Below, piece by piece: positions 21,352 through 31,441 of a stretch of DNA of 64,000 nucleotides. The notes beneath the pieces were generated by a model. It did not search any database. It was not told the origin of the DNA and saw only the letters and a program-made list of their open reading frames with translations. Every line of letters begins with the position of its first letter. Positions within the stretch are counted from its first letter, which is position 1. This DNA comes from Kofleriaceae bacterium (GTDB lineage Bacteria > Myxococcota_A > Polyangia > Haliangiales > Haliangiaceae), in contig JBKJLC010000284.1 of assembly GCA_046597055.1 (NCBI GenBank), positions 1 to 64,000 on the forward strand, in the 5' to 3' direction. The translations under genes were made by a program, and so were the position numbers.

Positions 21352-21417
21352 GGGTGCCTGACACCCAACCGGCCGGGTGCCTGACACCCAACCGGCCCGG
21401 CCAGGTGCCTGACACCC
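21352..21417. repeat. REP-like GGTGCCTGACACC x3
   Basis: Copies at 21352, 21375 and 21403, separated by CAACCGGCC-type linkers. Confidence 0.9.
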
Positions 21418-21558
21418 AACCGGCCGGCCGCCGGCTAGATTGACACCTACCTCGCCAGCCACGCCGTAGCGCGGCCGTCGTCGCGCCGCGGTCATCCCGG
21501 CATCGACAGCGGTCGCCAGCGGTGGACCCGGGGCCGCCGTCCGGTGATGCTGCCGGGC

Positions 21559-22110
<552 letters not shown>

Positions 22111-22117
22111 AGGCAAT

Positions 22118-22133
22118 CGGCGCGTGAGGTGCG
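22118..22133 (+). promoter_or_regulatory. candidate sigma54 promoter of amtB
   Basis: CGGCGCGTGAGGTGCG (GG-N10-GC) about 110 nt before amtB. Confidence 0.45.
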
Positions 22134-22241
22134 CTCGCACAAAGATCTACCACCCGGTTTCGATCTGGACACATGCCGGAAACCTGGCGCCGATAGGGTT
22201 TCTCTCACCGCTCAACGCACCGCGGTAAGGGAGAGACGACG

Positions 22242-23558
22242 ATGACCGAGATCAGCTCCGGCGACACCGCCTGGCTCCTAATATCCACGGCGCTCGTGAT
22301 GCTCATGACACCGGGCCTCGCGCTGTTCTACGGCGGCATGGTCCAGGGCAAGAACGTGCTCTCGACGTTCATGCACAGCTTCTTCGCGCTGGGCCTGGTC
22401 TCGATCCAGTGGGTGGTGATCGGGTACAGCCTGGCCTTCGCCCCGACCCACGGCGGCTTCATCGGTGGCTTCGACTTCCTCGGACTGTCGGGCGTCGGGA
22501 TGGACGGTGCCGGCCGCACGGTGCCGCACCTCCTGTTCATGATGTTCCAGGGGATGTTCGCGATCATCACCCCGGCGCTGATCTCGGGCGCGTTCGCCGA
22601 GCGCATGAAGTTCTCGGCGTACATGCTCTTCACCCTCCTGTGGGCGACGCTGGTCTACGATCCGATCGCGCACTGGGTCTGGGGTCCGGGGGGCTGGCTC
22701 GCCAAGCGCGGCGCGCTCGACTTCGCGGGTGGCACCGTCGTCCACTGGGCGGCCGGCGTGTCGGCCCTGGTGGTCGCCATCGTTCTCGGCAAGCGCACCG
22801 GCTACCCGTCGCGCGCCCACACGCCGCACAACCTGACCATGACGCTGCTCGGCGCCGGGCTGCTCTGGTTCGGTTGGTTCGGCTTCAACGCCGGCTCGGC
22901 GCTCGGCGCCAACGGCCTGGCCGCGCTGGCGCTGGTCAACACCCACATCGCGGCCGCCGGTGGCGCGCTGGCCTGGGGCCTGGTCGAGATGTTGCGGGTC
23001 AAGAAGTTCACCTCGCTCGGCATCGCGTCGGGCCTGGTCGCGGGTCTGGTCGGCATCACCCCGGCGGCCGGCTTCGTCGACCCGATGGGCGCGCTGGCCA
23101 TCGGCGTGCTCGCCGGCGCCGTCTGCTACGGCGGCGTGCTGCTCAAGAACAAGTTCAGCTATGACGACTCACTCGACGCCTTTGGCATCCACGGCATCGG
23201 CGGCGCGTTCGGCGCGATGGCGACCGGGGTGCTCGCGACCAAGGCGCTCACCCCGGCGTCGGTCGGCGGCGGGCTGATCGAGGGCAACGCCGAGTTGGTG
23301 CTCGAGCAGGCGATCGGCCTGGGCGCCGCCGGCATCTGGGCGGTGGTCGCGACCTTCGGCATCCTCAAGCTGGTCGACGCGGTGGTTGGCCTGCGGGTCG
23401 AGAAGGAAGTGGAGGCCGAGGGCCTCGACGGCGCCCTCCACGGCGAGAGCGGCTACTCGCTCGGCTCGGGCGGCGGTGGTGGCATCGAGCAGCACGCCGG
23501 TCACGCGGCGGTCGCGGCGACGATGCCGGTGGTCGAGCGCGAGCCCGCCTACGGCTGA
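22242..23558 (+). CDS. amtB: Ammonium transporter
   Basis: GDTAW, MTPGLALFYGG, DFAGGTVVH, LLWFGWFGFNAGS, DDSLDAFGIHG. Confidence 0.98.
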   Translation: MTEISSGDTAWLLISTALVMLMTPGLALFYGGMVQGKNVLSTFMHSFFALGLVSIQWVVIGYSLAFAPTHGGFIGGFDFLGLSGVGMDGAGRTVPHLLFMMFQGMFAIITPALISGAFAERMKFSAYMLFTLLWATLVYDPIAHWVWGPGGWLAKRGALDFAGGTVVHWAAGVSALVVAIVLGKRTGYPSRAHTPHNLTMTLLGAGLLWFGWFGFNAGSALGANGLAALALVNTHIAAAGGALAWGLVEMLRVKKFTSLGIASGLVAGLVGITPAAGFVDPMGALAIGVLAGAVCYGGVLLKNKFSYDDSLDAFGIHGIGGAFGAMATGVLATKALTPASVGGGLIEGNAELVLEQAIGLGAAGIWAVVATFGILKLVDAVVGLRVEKEVEAEGLDGALHGESGYSLGSGGGGGIEQHAGHAAVAATMPVVEREPAYG

Positions 23559-23594
23559 GCCCCAGCGCTGCTCCGTGGTGGGGAAGCGACTGCC

Positions 23595-24377
23595 TCACCG
23601 CCCCGGAGCTGTGGCCGGTGCGCCGACCGGCGCCGGGTCGGTCGCCGCGCACCGGATGCCGAAGCGGTCGAGGCCCGGCGCGATCACCACGCGCCAGGTG
23701 TCGTCGACCAGGGCGGTGACCTCGGCGCGGGTCAGGATGCCGTAGCGGGCGAGGGGGCCGGCGACCGGCCGGGCCCGCGCGCTGGCCGCGAGCAACGGGC
23801 TCACGTCCTCGGCGAGCGCGGCGGCGCGCATCGCCGGCACGTGGGCGCCGAGCCAGCCGACGTCGGCGCGCTCGGCCTCGGCCGCGAGGTGCGCCCAGCC
23901 GAGCCGGCCGTGCTCGATCTCGTCTTTCACGATCGCTTCGATCGCCGCCTTCACCGGCGCGAAGGTCGCGACCGCGCGCATCGCCAGCAGCAGCGCGCAC
24001 GACAGGGTCTCGGTCACGCAGCCGATCGCGACGCTCGCGTAGAGCGCCCCGCGCCGGCGGTCGAGCCGCGCGCCGGCCGGGCCCAGCACCGGCCGGGTCG
24101 GCGCCAGCGGCGCCAGCCCGGTCACGCAGGCATCGACGATCGCGCGGCAGCGCGCGGCATGGCGGACCTCGTCGGCCGCGGCGGCCCGGGCCCGGCCCGC
24201 CAGCACGCCGTGGCCGGTCGCCGCGAGCTCCTCGGCCAGCGTGGCGAACAGCGCGGCGGCCTCGTGCTCGACGCGCTCGCGGTGGCGCCAGAGCAGGGCG
24301 ACCGCGACCGGCGGTGGGTCGGGCAGTTGACAGCGCGCGGGCCGCGCGGCGCCCGGTGTGGTCGCTCGCTCAGTCAC
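23595..24377 (-). CDS. Ferritin-like diiron-carboxylate protein
   Basis: EHE...DEVRH...GCVTET...DEIEH; GTG start overlaps the stop of the upstream peptide gene. Confidence 0.82.
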   Translation of the reverse strand: MTERATTPGAARPARCQLPDPPPVAVALLWRHRERVEHEAAALFATLAEELAATGHGVLAGRARAAAADEVRHAARCRAIVDACVTGLAPLAPTRPVLGPAGARLDRRRGALYASVAIGCVTETLSCALLLAMRAVATFAPVKAAIEAIVKDEIEHGRLGWAHLAAEAERADVGWLGAHVPAMRAAALAEDVSPLLAASARARPVAGPLARYGILTRAEVTALVDDTWRVVIAPGLDRFGIRCAATDPAPVGAPATAPGR

Positions 24378-24648
24378 AGGTGGTCGCCCAGCAGCACACG
24401 AAGCCGACCTGGAGCTGCGGCGGGTTGGTCGCGTGGTCGCAGCAGGCCTGGCTGTCGCAGAAGCACGGCGCCAGCGGGTTGCCGCCGTCATCGGTGCCGA
24501 CGCCGGCCTCGCCGTCGAGGCTGCTTGGCGGTCCATCGATGATGCGGTCGCGCGAGGTGGTGCCGTCGCCATCGCACGCGCCGAGCCCGGAGGCACCGCC
24601 GAGGACGACCACGACCTGGAACAAGCGATCGAGACGAAGCGAGGTCAT
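24370..24648 (-). CDS. 92-aa Cys-rich lipopeptide (putative precursor)
   Basis: Hydrophobic N-terminus + LGAC, Asp/Gly linker, C-terminus PCFCDSQACC...VCCWATTCD. Confidence 0.75.
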   Translation of the reverse strand: MTSLRLDRLFQVVVVLGGASGLGACDGDGTTSRDRIIDGPPSSLDGEAGVGTDDGGNPLAPCFCDSQACCDHATNPPQLQVGFVCCWATTCD

Positions 24649-25045
24649 GCCGGCATCGTGGGCGCGGACCGTCGGCAAGCAAAGCGAGATGATCTTGCGT
24701 GGGAGACAAGGAAAACTTCCCCGAGCGTCCGGGGTCCGAGCCCCCGCAGCGGCGTGCGCAGCGCCGGGGTGCAGCGCGCAGCTCGGCGCGGTCGCCGGGT
24801 GGCCGCGGCCGAGCCTGGGCGTGCGACGTGATCGTTCGCGGTCCGAACCCACCCCATGCGTTGCACCCGCACGTCCGGCCATGGGGCAACCGCCCAACGC
24901 GTCCCCTCGGGGGTGGGCGCGCGGCGTGGTGGCGAGGTGGGCGCTCCTCGGGCTGGCAGCGGGTGCGAGCGCCCCCGCGCCGGGCGGCGTCATCGCGTCG
25001 GGCTGGCGGCTTGTCGGCGCGCAACGGGAGTGGTGTGCTGCCGGC

Positions 25046-26815
25046 ATGCGCCGCGCGCTCGTCCTGGGTCTCCTTCTCACCGGTTGCGCCGTGCACGCCG
25101 GCACCGGTCCACGTCCGAGCTTGATCTCGACCGCTGAGCAGTCGGGCTTCGTCCGCACCGGTCGTCATGCCGAGGCGGTGACGCTGTGCGACGACTTCGC
25201 GCGGGCCTACCCGGGCCAGGCCTGGTGCGAGCGCTTCGGCACCAGCCTCGAGGGCCGCGCGCTGGTTGCGCTGGTCGTCTCCGCCGACGGCACGCTCACG
25301 CCGGCGCTGGCGGCGGCGCGGCGGCGCCCGGTCGTGCTCGCCGAGGCCGGCATCCACGCCGGCGAGATCGACGGCAAGGACGCCGGGTTCCTGATCGCCC
25401 GCGATCTGCTCGACGGCAAGGTCGCGCCGGGCGCGCTGGCCGCGGTGACGTTCGTGTTTGTCCCGATCCTCAACGTCGACGGTCACGAGCGTTTCGGCCC
25501 CAACCACCGGGTCAACCAGCGCGGCCCCGCGGAGATGGGCTTTCGCACCACCGCCGCCAACCTCAACGCCAACCGCGACTGGATGAAGGCCGAGACCGAG
25601 GTGATCACGGCGCTGCTCGGGCTGTGGGGCCGGTGGGATCCGGTGATGCTGGTCGATCTCCACACCACCGATGGCGCCAAGTTCGAGCACGACATCGCCG
25701 TGATGGTCGGCCCGGTGGCGCGGCGCGACGAGCCGCTGGGGCGGGCGTCGGCGGCGCTGTCGACCGCGCTGCAGGCGCGCCTGGGCGCGCTCGGCCACCT
25801 GCCGCTGCCGTTCTATCCGGCCTTCGTCGTCGACGACGACCCGGCGTCCGGCTTCATCGACGGCGAGTCCCCGCCGCGCTTCTCGCAGGGGTACGCCCCG
25901 GCGCGCGGTCGGCTCGGCGTCCTGGTCGAGACCCACAGCTGGCGGACCTACCGCGAGCGGGTGTGGTCGAGCTATCACCTGCTCCAGGCGCTGCTCGAGC
26001 GCGCGGTCACCGACGCGGCCGGCTGGCGCAGCGCGGCCGACAGCGCCGACGCGGCCGGCGCCCGGCTCGGCGGCACCGACGTGGTCGTGCTGTGGAAGGC
26101 GTCCGACCTGGCGCGCACGATCCGGTTCCGCGGCTATCGCTACCAGCGGGTGCCGTCGGAGGTGTCGGGCGGCACCTGGACCCGCTACGACGAGCAGGTC
26201 CCCGAGGTGTGGCAGGTGCCGCTGCGCGATCAGATCGTGCCCGCGGTGACCGTGCGCGCGCCGGCCGGTGGCTACCTGGTGCCGGCCGGGTTTGCGCCGG
26301 TGGTGGCGCCGCGGCTCGACGCGCACGGCCTGCGATACCAGCGGCTGGCCGCCCCCCTCGCGACCACCGCCGACGTGTTTCGCGCGACCACCGCCGTCCC
26401 GTCGCCGTCTTTCGAGGGCCGGACGCCGGTCGCGGTGACCGGCGACTGGAAGCGCGAACCGGTCGAGGTGGGCCCCGGCGCGCTCTGGATCCCGATCGCC
26501 CAGCCGCGGGCGCGGCTCGCGCTGCACCTGTTCGAGCCGACCCTGCCCGACTCGCTGTGCGCGTGGGGGTTCTTCAGCGCCGCGTTCGAGCAGAAGGAGT
26601 ACATGGATGCGTACATGACCGAGGCGGTCGCCCGCGAGATGCTCGCGGACCCGGCGGTGAAGGCCGCGTTCGAGGCGGCGCTCGCGGACCCCGAGGTGGC
26701 CAAGAGCCCCGAGCGCCGGCTCGAGTTCTTCTACCGGCGCCACCCGTCGTGGGACCGAATGAAGGACGTGGTGCCGGTGTACCGGCTCGCGGAAGATCCC
26801 GTTTTGCTTCGGTGA
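25046..26815 (+). CDS. M14 family zinc carboxypeptidase (lipoprotein)
   Basis: LTGC lipobox; GIHAGE, NANRD, DLHTTDG, LVETHSW. Confidence 0.92.
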   Translation: MRRALVLGLLLTGCAVHAGTGPRPSLISTAEQSGFVRTGRHAEAVTLCDDFARAYPGQAWCERFGTSLEGRALVALVVSADGTLTPALAAARRRPVVLAEAGIHAGEIDGKDAGFLIARDLLDGKVAPGALAAVTFVFVPILNVDGHERFGPNHRVNQRGPAEMGFRTTAANLNANRDWMKAETEVITALLGLWGRWDPVMLVDLHTTDGAKFEHDIAVMVGPVARRDEPLGRASAALSTALQARLGALGHLPLPFYPAFVVDDDPASGFIDGESPPRFSQGYAPARGRLGVLVETHSWRTYRERVWSSYHLLQALLERAVTDAAGWRSAADSADAAGARLGGTDVVVLWKASDLARTIRFRGYRYQRVPSEVSGGTWTRYDEQVPEVWQVPLRDQIVPAVTVRAPAGGYLVPAGFAPVVAPRLDAHGLRYQRLAAPLATTADVFRATTAVPSPSFEGRTPVAVTGDWKREPVEVGPGALWIPIAQPRARLALHLFEPTLPDSLCAWGFFSAAFEQKEYMDAYMTEAVAREMLADPAVKAAFEAALADPEVAKSPERRLEFFYRRHPSWDRMKDVVPVYRLAEDPVLLR

Positions 26816-26849
26816 CCTGGCATCGACTGCCGTCATGGTCTACGGCATG

Positions 26850-26892
26850 TCCGCAACAACGGATTGACGGCATCCGTTACAGCGGATAACTT
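26850..26892 (+). promoter_or_regulatory. sigma70 promoter overlapped by two TCCG-N6-CGGA palindromes
   Basis: TTGACG(26864)-N17-TAACTT(26887); palindromes at 26850-26863 and 26873-26886. Confidence 0.75.
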
Positions 26893-26899
26893 TCCACTC

Positions 26900-27037
26900 A
26901 TGGCTGCCAGCACCGCACGTTCAGGCGATCTCGTGAGCCTCGACGACGACCGGCGTACCCGCAGCGGTCGCGCCGACGAGCCGATGGCGTCGGCGAGCCC
27001 GGCGCGGGCTCCGACCCGGGCGCCGGTGTGGGTATAG
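26900..27037 (+). CDS. 45-aa small ORF (not in ORF track)
   Basis: MAASTARSGDLVSLDDDRRTRSGRADEPMASASPARAPTRAPVWV*; ATG is 7 nt after the -10 box. Confidence 0.5.
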   Translation: MAASTARSGDLVSLDDDRRTRSGRADEPMASASPARAPTRAPVWV

Positions 27038-27129
27038 TGGGTCCCAGTTTGGAACTGGCGAAAGACAAGCGGCGCGGTCACAAGCCGGACCAGACCGGGA
27101 AGGCACTCGTGCGAGCCGCGACTCCAACC

Positions 27130-27837
27130 GTGAAGAATCCCGACCGAACCGCCGAACCGGCGAGCGAGAAGCGCAGCCGGAGACCCGAGAAGCCCGAGAA
27201 GGCCGCGGAGCTTGCGGGGAGCCCGCCCGGCGTGGGCGCCGCACCCAGCGCGGCGCCCGGCCCCGACGAGAGCGCCGACCTGGCGCCGGTGGTCGGCCAC
27301 AACCTGCGTCGGCTTCGCACCAAGCGTGGGCTGTCGCTCGAGCGGCTGTCGCAGCTGTCGGGCGTGAGCCGCGCGATGCTCGGCCAGATCGAGCTCGGCC
27401 AGAGCGCCCCGACCATCAACGTCCTGTGGAAGATCGCCCGCGCGCTCGAGGTGACCTTCTCGGCGCTGATCTCCACGCGGACCCAGTCGGGCGCGCTGGT
27501 GCTGCGCAGCGAGGACGCGAAGCTGCTCACGAGCAAGGACAAGTCGTTCAGCTCGCGCGCGCTGTTCCCGTTCGACGAGCCGCGCCGGGTGGAGTTCTAC
27601 GAGCTGCGGCTCGGGCCGGGTGGTCTCGAGGAAGCCGACGCGCATGCGCCGGGCACCAGCGAGAACCTGGTCGTGACGGCGGGCCTGGTCGAGATCGACG
27701 TCGCCGGTGAGACCCATCGCCTGACCGCGGGTGACTCGATCCTGTTCGAGGCCGACTCGCCCCATGCCTACCGGAACGCCGGCAAGGGCGAGGCGGTGAT
27801 GTACCTCGTCATGACGTACGCCGAAGAAGTCGGCTGA
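27130..27837 (+). CDS. XRE-family HTH + cupin transcriptional regulator (SutR/PuuR-like)
   Basis: NLRRLR..GLSLERLSQLSGVSRAMLGQIELGQSAPTINVLWKIA; cupin H..GTSE...GDSILFEADSPHAY. Start uncertain (27028-27130). Confidence 0.92.
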   Translation: MKNPDRTAEPASEKRSRRPEKPEKAAELAGSPPGVGAAPSAAPGPDESADLAPVVGHNLRRLRTKRGLSLERLSQLSGVSRAMLGQIELGQSAPTINVLWKIARALEVTFSALISTRTQSGALVLRSEDAKLLTSKDKSFSSRALFPFDEPRRVEFYELRLGPGGLEEADAHAPGTSENLVVTAGLVEIDVAGETHRLTAGDSILFEADSPHAYRNAGKGEAVMYLVMTYAEEVG

Positions 27838-27982
27838 GCTCGGGCGAAGGCGCGGCGGCTCGGTGCCGGCCGCACGGGCGCGGCCCGCGGGGATCGAACG
27901 GGAGGCTGGAAGCGAATGCTTCACACCCCGAGCTCGGCCGAGCGCGCGGCGGCTCGGTTGCGCGAGGCGCGACGCGCCCCCG

Positions 27983-28408
27983 TCAGCGTGCGGCGGCGGC
28001 CGCGGCGACCAGCTCGGGCGCGAAGGCCAGGCGCAGCTCGTCGGTGATCCGGCGCGGGCGGCCGTTCGCGAAGTCGATGAACGCCCACAGCGTGGAGCCC
28101 CGGCAGAACTCGGCGCCGTCGGAGGCGCGGCGCATCGACGTGCGGCGCACGGTCGACACCTGCTTGAATGACTCGACCCAGGTGCTGACGATGACCCGGT
28201 CGCCCTCGAGCACCGACTGCAGGTAGTCGATCTCGTGACGGCGGACCACGAACGTCGCGCCGAGCTGCCGGTACGCGGCGGCGTCCCAGCCCAGCGCGGC
28301 CGAGTGCGAGAGGGCGACCTCGAGGACCCAGCGAACGTAGACGAGGTTGGAGACGTGGCCGAGGTCGTCAATATCGGCGGGTTGCGCCGTCAGCTCGATC
28401 GTGTGCAC
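27983..28408 (-). CDS. Acyl-CoA thioesterase (4HBT/YbgC-like)
   Basis: DIDDLGHVSNLVYVRW, VVRRHEIDY. Confidence 0.92.
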   Translation of the reverse strand: MHTIELTAQPADIDDLGHVSNLVYVRWVLEVALSHSAALGWDAAAYRQLGATFVVRRHEIDYLQSVLEGDRVIVSTWVESFKQVSTVRRTSMRRASDGAEFCRGSTLWAFIDFANGRPRRITDELRLAFAPELVAAAAAAR

Positions 28409-28417
28409 GCGCGCATA

Positions 28418-31225
28418 CTACTTTCCTTTGACCAGCCGGGTAGCGACCACGTCCGATGGACGCTTGGAGTAGACCTTGGTCCGGTAGGTGCGGAACCCGG
28501 TCCGCTGCAGCTCGATCTTGTGGTTGGCGAAGCCGGTGACGCGGACCGAGACCGGGGTGACCCCGACCTTGCGGCCGTCGACGAACGCGGTCGCGCCGCC
28601 CGGCGTCGAGACGATCTTGAGCACGTGTTCGGGGCGATCGAGGCGGACCGCGAGGTGATCGTCGGTGCCGGCGACGTTGACCTGGCGGTCGGATGGCGCG
28701 TAGCGCGCCCGCGAGACCTCGACGCGGACCCGGCCGCAGGGCACGGCGACGGCGCGGGCGCCCTCGCCGACGGTGCGGCCGTTGATGCGGACGAGCGCGT
28801 CGGGCGGGGTCGGGGTGATCGCGAGGCGGCAGGAGCCGGCCGGGAGCGGGTCGGCGGTCTCGGCGGTGGCGACGGCCACCTTCGCGGCCGCAGCCGCAGC
28901 GGCCTCGGCCCTGGCGGCTTCGGCCTCCTGCGCCTCGCCGGCGGCGGCGGCGGTGGCCTTCGCGTCCGCCACGGCCTTGGCGGCGGCGGCCTCGGCGACG
29001 GCCTTCGCCGCAGCGTCCGCCACGGCCTTGGCGTCCGCGTCGGCGACCGCCTTGGCCTCGGCCCCAGCGTCGGCGATCCCGGTGCCCACGCCGGCCGCCG
29101 CGTCGGCGGCCGAACCCGTGGCTGAGCCCGCGTCGGCGGCTGAGCCGGTGGCGGTGGCCGGGGTCGACCCGCGGCGAGCGGCGCCCGTCCCGGCGCCCGC
29201 CGCGGTCGGCGGCGCGGTCCCCACGTCGATCCGCGCAGGCGTGCGCGTGATGACCAGCGCGATCACGATCGCCGCCGCCGAGATCGCGATCACGATCGGC
29301 AGCACCAGCGTGTTGCGGCGGGGGCGCTCGTCGTCCTCGAAGCCGTAACGTGCGGGCGGGAGCGAGAAGACCGGCATCGCGGGCTCGGGCGGCGGGTGAC
29401 CCGGTGCGAGCGCGGGGAGCGGCGGCTGCTCGCGCGCGCCGGCGCGCATGGGGATCGGCGTCTGCTCGCGGCCCGGCTCCGACGGCAAGCGCTGGAAGTC
29501 TTCGAGCGGCTCGGTGCCCATGCGGGGCGCGCCGATCGGACGGAAGTCGGGCACTGGCTCGTCGAGCTCCGGGTCCTCGGGCGGCCGTTCGAGCAGGTCG
29601 TCGAACGAGAAGCTCCCGGTCTCCTCCCACAGCGAGCACTCGACGAAGCCGCGCAGCGCGTCGTCACTGAGGTCGGTGAGCGGGTTGGCCGGCAGCACGA
29701 AGCTCGCGCCGGGCGCGCGGGTGACCGGTGCCACTTCGCGGTGGTTCACGGACGTCGTGTCCTCGAACTGATCTGGCTCGTCGTCGCCGGGTTCGTCGGG
29801 CGCGGCCAGGGGCATCGGCACCAGGCGCACCGGCGGCGGCTCCGGCGCGATCGCGACCGGCGCCGCCGGCTCGGGCGTCGGTTCCGTGGCGGGCTGACCG
29901 CTGCCGACGGCGAGCGCGGGCGGCGCGGTGACCGCAGGCGCGGGCTGCGCGTCGTCGAGCCTCGTGGCGGGCGCCGGCTCGGCCTCGACGGGCAGGGGCT
30001 TCGCGTCGACCTGCGCTGGATCGCCCGCGGGCGCCGGCACCGGTGCGCCCGCGGCCGGCGTGCGTCGGTGCCGGGTGACGGGCGCCGGGGTTGGCGTCCG
30101 CGGCGCGCCGGCGGCGGGCGCCGGCACCGGGCCACCCACGATCGGTGTACGACGGTGACCGGCGACCGTTGCCGGCGTCGGGGCCACCGGCGGGCCGGCG
30201 CCGGGGGCCATGACCGGCACGGGGATCACGACCGGGGAGCCCGCGACCGGCGTCCGCCGCTGACCGGGCGTGAGGGCCGTGAAAGAGGGCACCTGGGAGG
30301 CAGTGGCGGGCGTCGTGAGGGCCCCGGGCAGCGGCGCGGCGACTGGCTGCTGGGGGCCGTCTGCCGGCGCGCTCGGGGCAGCCGCCGGCGTCACCGCGCT
30401 CGGCGGCGGTGTCGGCGCGGGCGGCGCCGGGCCGTCCCAGTCGACGGATTCGCGGGCTCGCGTGGCCGCCGCCGGGGCGTCCGACCCGGCGCCTCGGTCC
30501 GGGATCCGGACGATGCTGAGCGGGGTGTTGCGCCGGGGTGCCGGCGTCCCATCGGCGCGCCGCACGGGCAGCGGGGGCAGCGCGGGCAGGGCAGCGCGGG
30601 GCGCGCCGGCGGCTCCCGCCGTCCCGGCCGCGGCGCCGGTCAGGGCCGCGGCGCCGGTCAGGGCCGCGGCGGGACCGTGGGGACCCGCCGGCGCGGATGG
30701 GCCCGGCGCCGGCACCGGCGGTGGCAGCGGGATCGTCGTGGCCACGCGGCCGGCGGCGGACGGTGAGGGCGGGGCCGCGGGCGCGCCCATCGCCAGGGGC
30801 CCCAGGGCGGCGGTGCCCGGCCCGGCCATCGCGGGCGAGCCGATCGCCGACGCGCTGGTCGGGAGGCCCATCATGGGCGGCGGCGACGGCGCGGTCGCGC
30901 GCCGGGCCCGGCGGAGCCGGACGATCAGGGCCTCGCTCTCAGCGTCGAGCAGCAGGAGCTTGATCCGCACGCCGGGGCGTCGGAAGGGGCCGGCCGGCGT
31001 GGTCCACGCTTCGATGACCTCGCAGGTGCCGCGCAGGGCGCGGGCCCCATCGGCGAGGAGCATCACGAACGGTCCCTGCGAGCCAACCTGGCGCGTGGTC
31101 ATGCCGGCAATGAACAAGGTGCGGTGCTCGTACGACCGCGAGAACGTCTCGACGAACTGCTCGAGGTCCGCGCAGCGCGTGGCCACGCGCAGCACCTTGA
31201 CCGGCGCGTCGTCCCTCTCCGGCAC
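28418..31225 (-). CDS. Large Pro/Ala-rich membrane protein with N-terminal PilZ-like domain and C-terminal PEGA domains
   Basis: N-terminal beta domain ending PGVRIKL; TM VLPIVIAISAAAIVIALV; PTPPDALVRING and STPGGATAFVDGRKVGVTP. Confidence 0.75.
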   Translation of the reverse strand: MPERDDAPVKVLRVATRCADLEQFVETFSRSYEHRTLFIAGMTTRQVGSQGPFVMLLADGARALRGTCEVIEAWTTPAGPFRRPGVRIKLLLLDAESEALIVRLRRARRATAPSPPPMMGLPTSASAIGSPAMAGPGTAALGPLAMGAPAAPPSPSAAGRVATTIPLPPPVPAPGPSAPAGPHGPAAALTGAAALTGAAAGTAGAAGAPRAALPALPPLPVRRADGTPAPRRNTPLSIVRIPDRGAGSDAPAAATRARESVDWDGPAPPAPTPPPSAVTPAAAPSAPADGPQQPVAAPLPGALTTPATASQVPSFTALTPGQRRTPVAGSPVVIPVPVMAPGAGPPVAPTPATVAGHRRTPIVGGPVPAPAAGAPRTPTPAPVTRHRRTPAAGAPVPAPAGDPAQVDAKPLPVEAEPAPATRLDDAQPAPAVTAPPALAVGSGQPATEPTPEPAAPVAIAPEPPPVRLVPMPLAAPDEPGDDEPDQFEDTTSVNHREVAPVTRAPGASFVLPANPLTDLSDDALRGFVECSLWEETGSFSFDDLLERPPEDPELDEPVPDFRPIGAPRMGTEPLEDFQRLPSEPGREQTPIPMRAGAREQPPLPALAPGHPPPEPAMPVFSLPPARYGFEDDERPRRNTLVLPIVIAISAAAIVIALVITRTPARIDVGTAPPTAAGAGTGAARRGSTPATATGSAADAGSATGSAADAAAGVGTGIADAGAEAKAVADADAKAVADAAAKAVAEAAAAKAVADAKATAAAAGEAQEAEAARAEAAAAAAAKVAVATAETADPLPAGSCRLAITPTPPDALVRINGRTVGEGARAVAVPCGRVRVEVSRARYAPSDRQVNVAGTDDHLAVRLDRPEHVLKIVSTPGGATAFVDGRKVGVTPVSVRVTGFANHKIELQRTGFRTYRTKVYSKRPSDVVATRLVKGK

Positions 31226-31329
31226 GTGTACGAGCGTACCGGATCGGCGCCAGAAAGTGAAAATCGGAGGCCAGCTGATGGGCGGCCGGGACCTACATCG
31301 GGGAGCGCGGACCGGCGCGCGTGTCGACG

Positions 31330-31352
31330 CTCAGGGGCTGTGATTCTTTCGA
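31330..31352 (-). repeat. Dispersed 23-bp element, copy 1
   Basis: Reverse complement TCGAAAGAATCACAGCCCCTGAG matches 41086-41108 with 2 mismatches. Confidence 0.75.
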
Positions 31353-31441
31353 ATCCCACCCTCCCTTTCGATCGGTCGGCCGCGGGCCAGAGCCCGCGCC
31401 CGATCTGTACGGACCCAGAGCCGCCTCGCCTTCGGCTCGGC

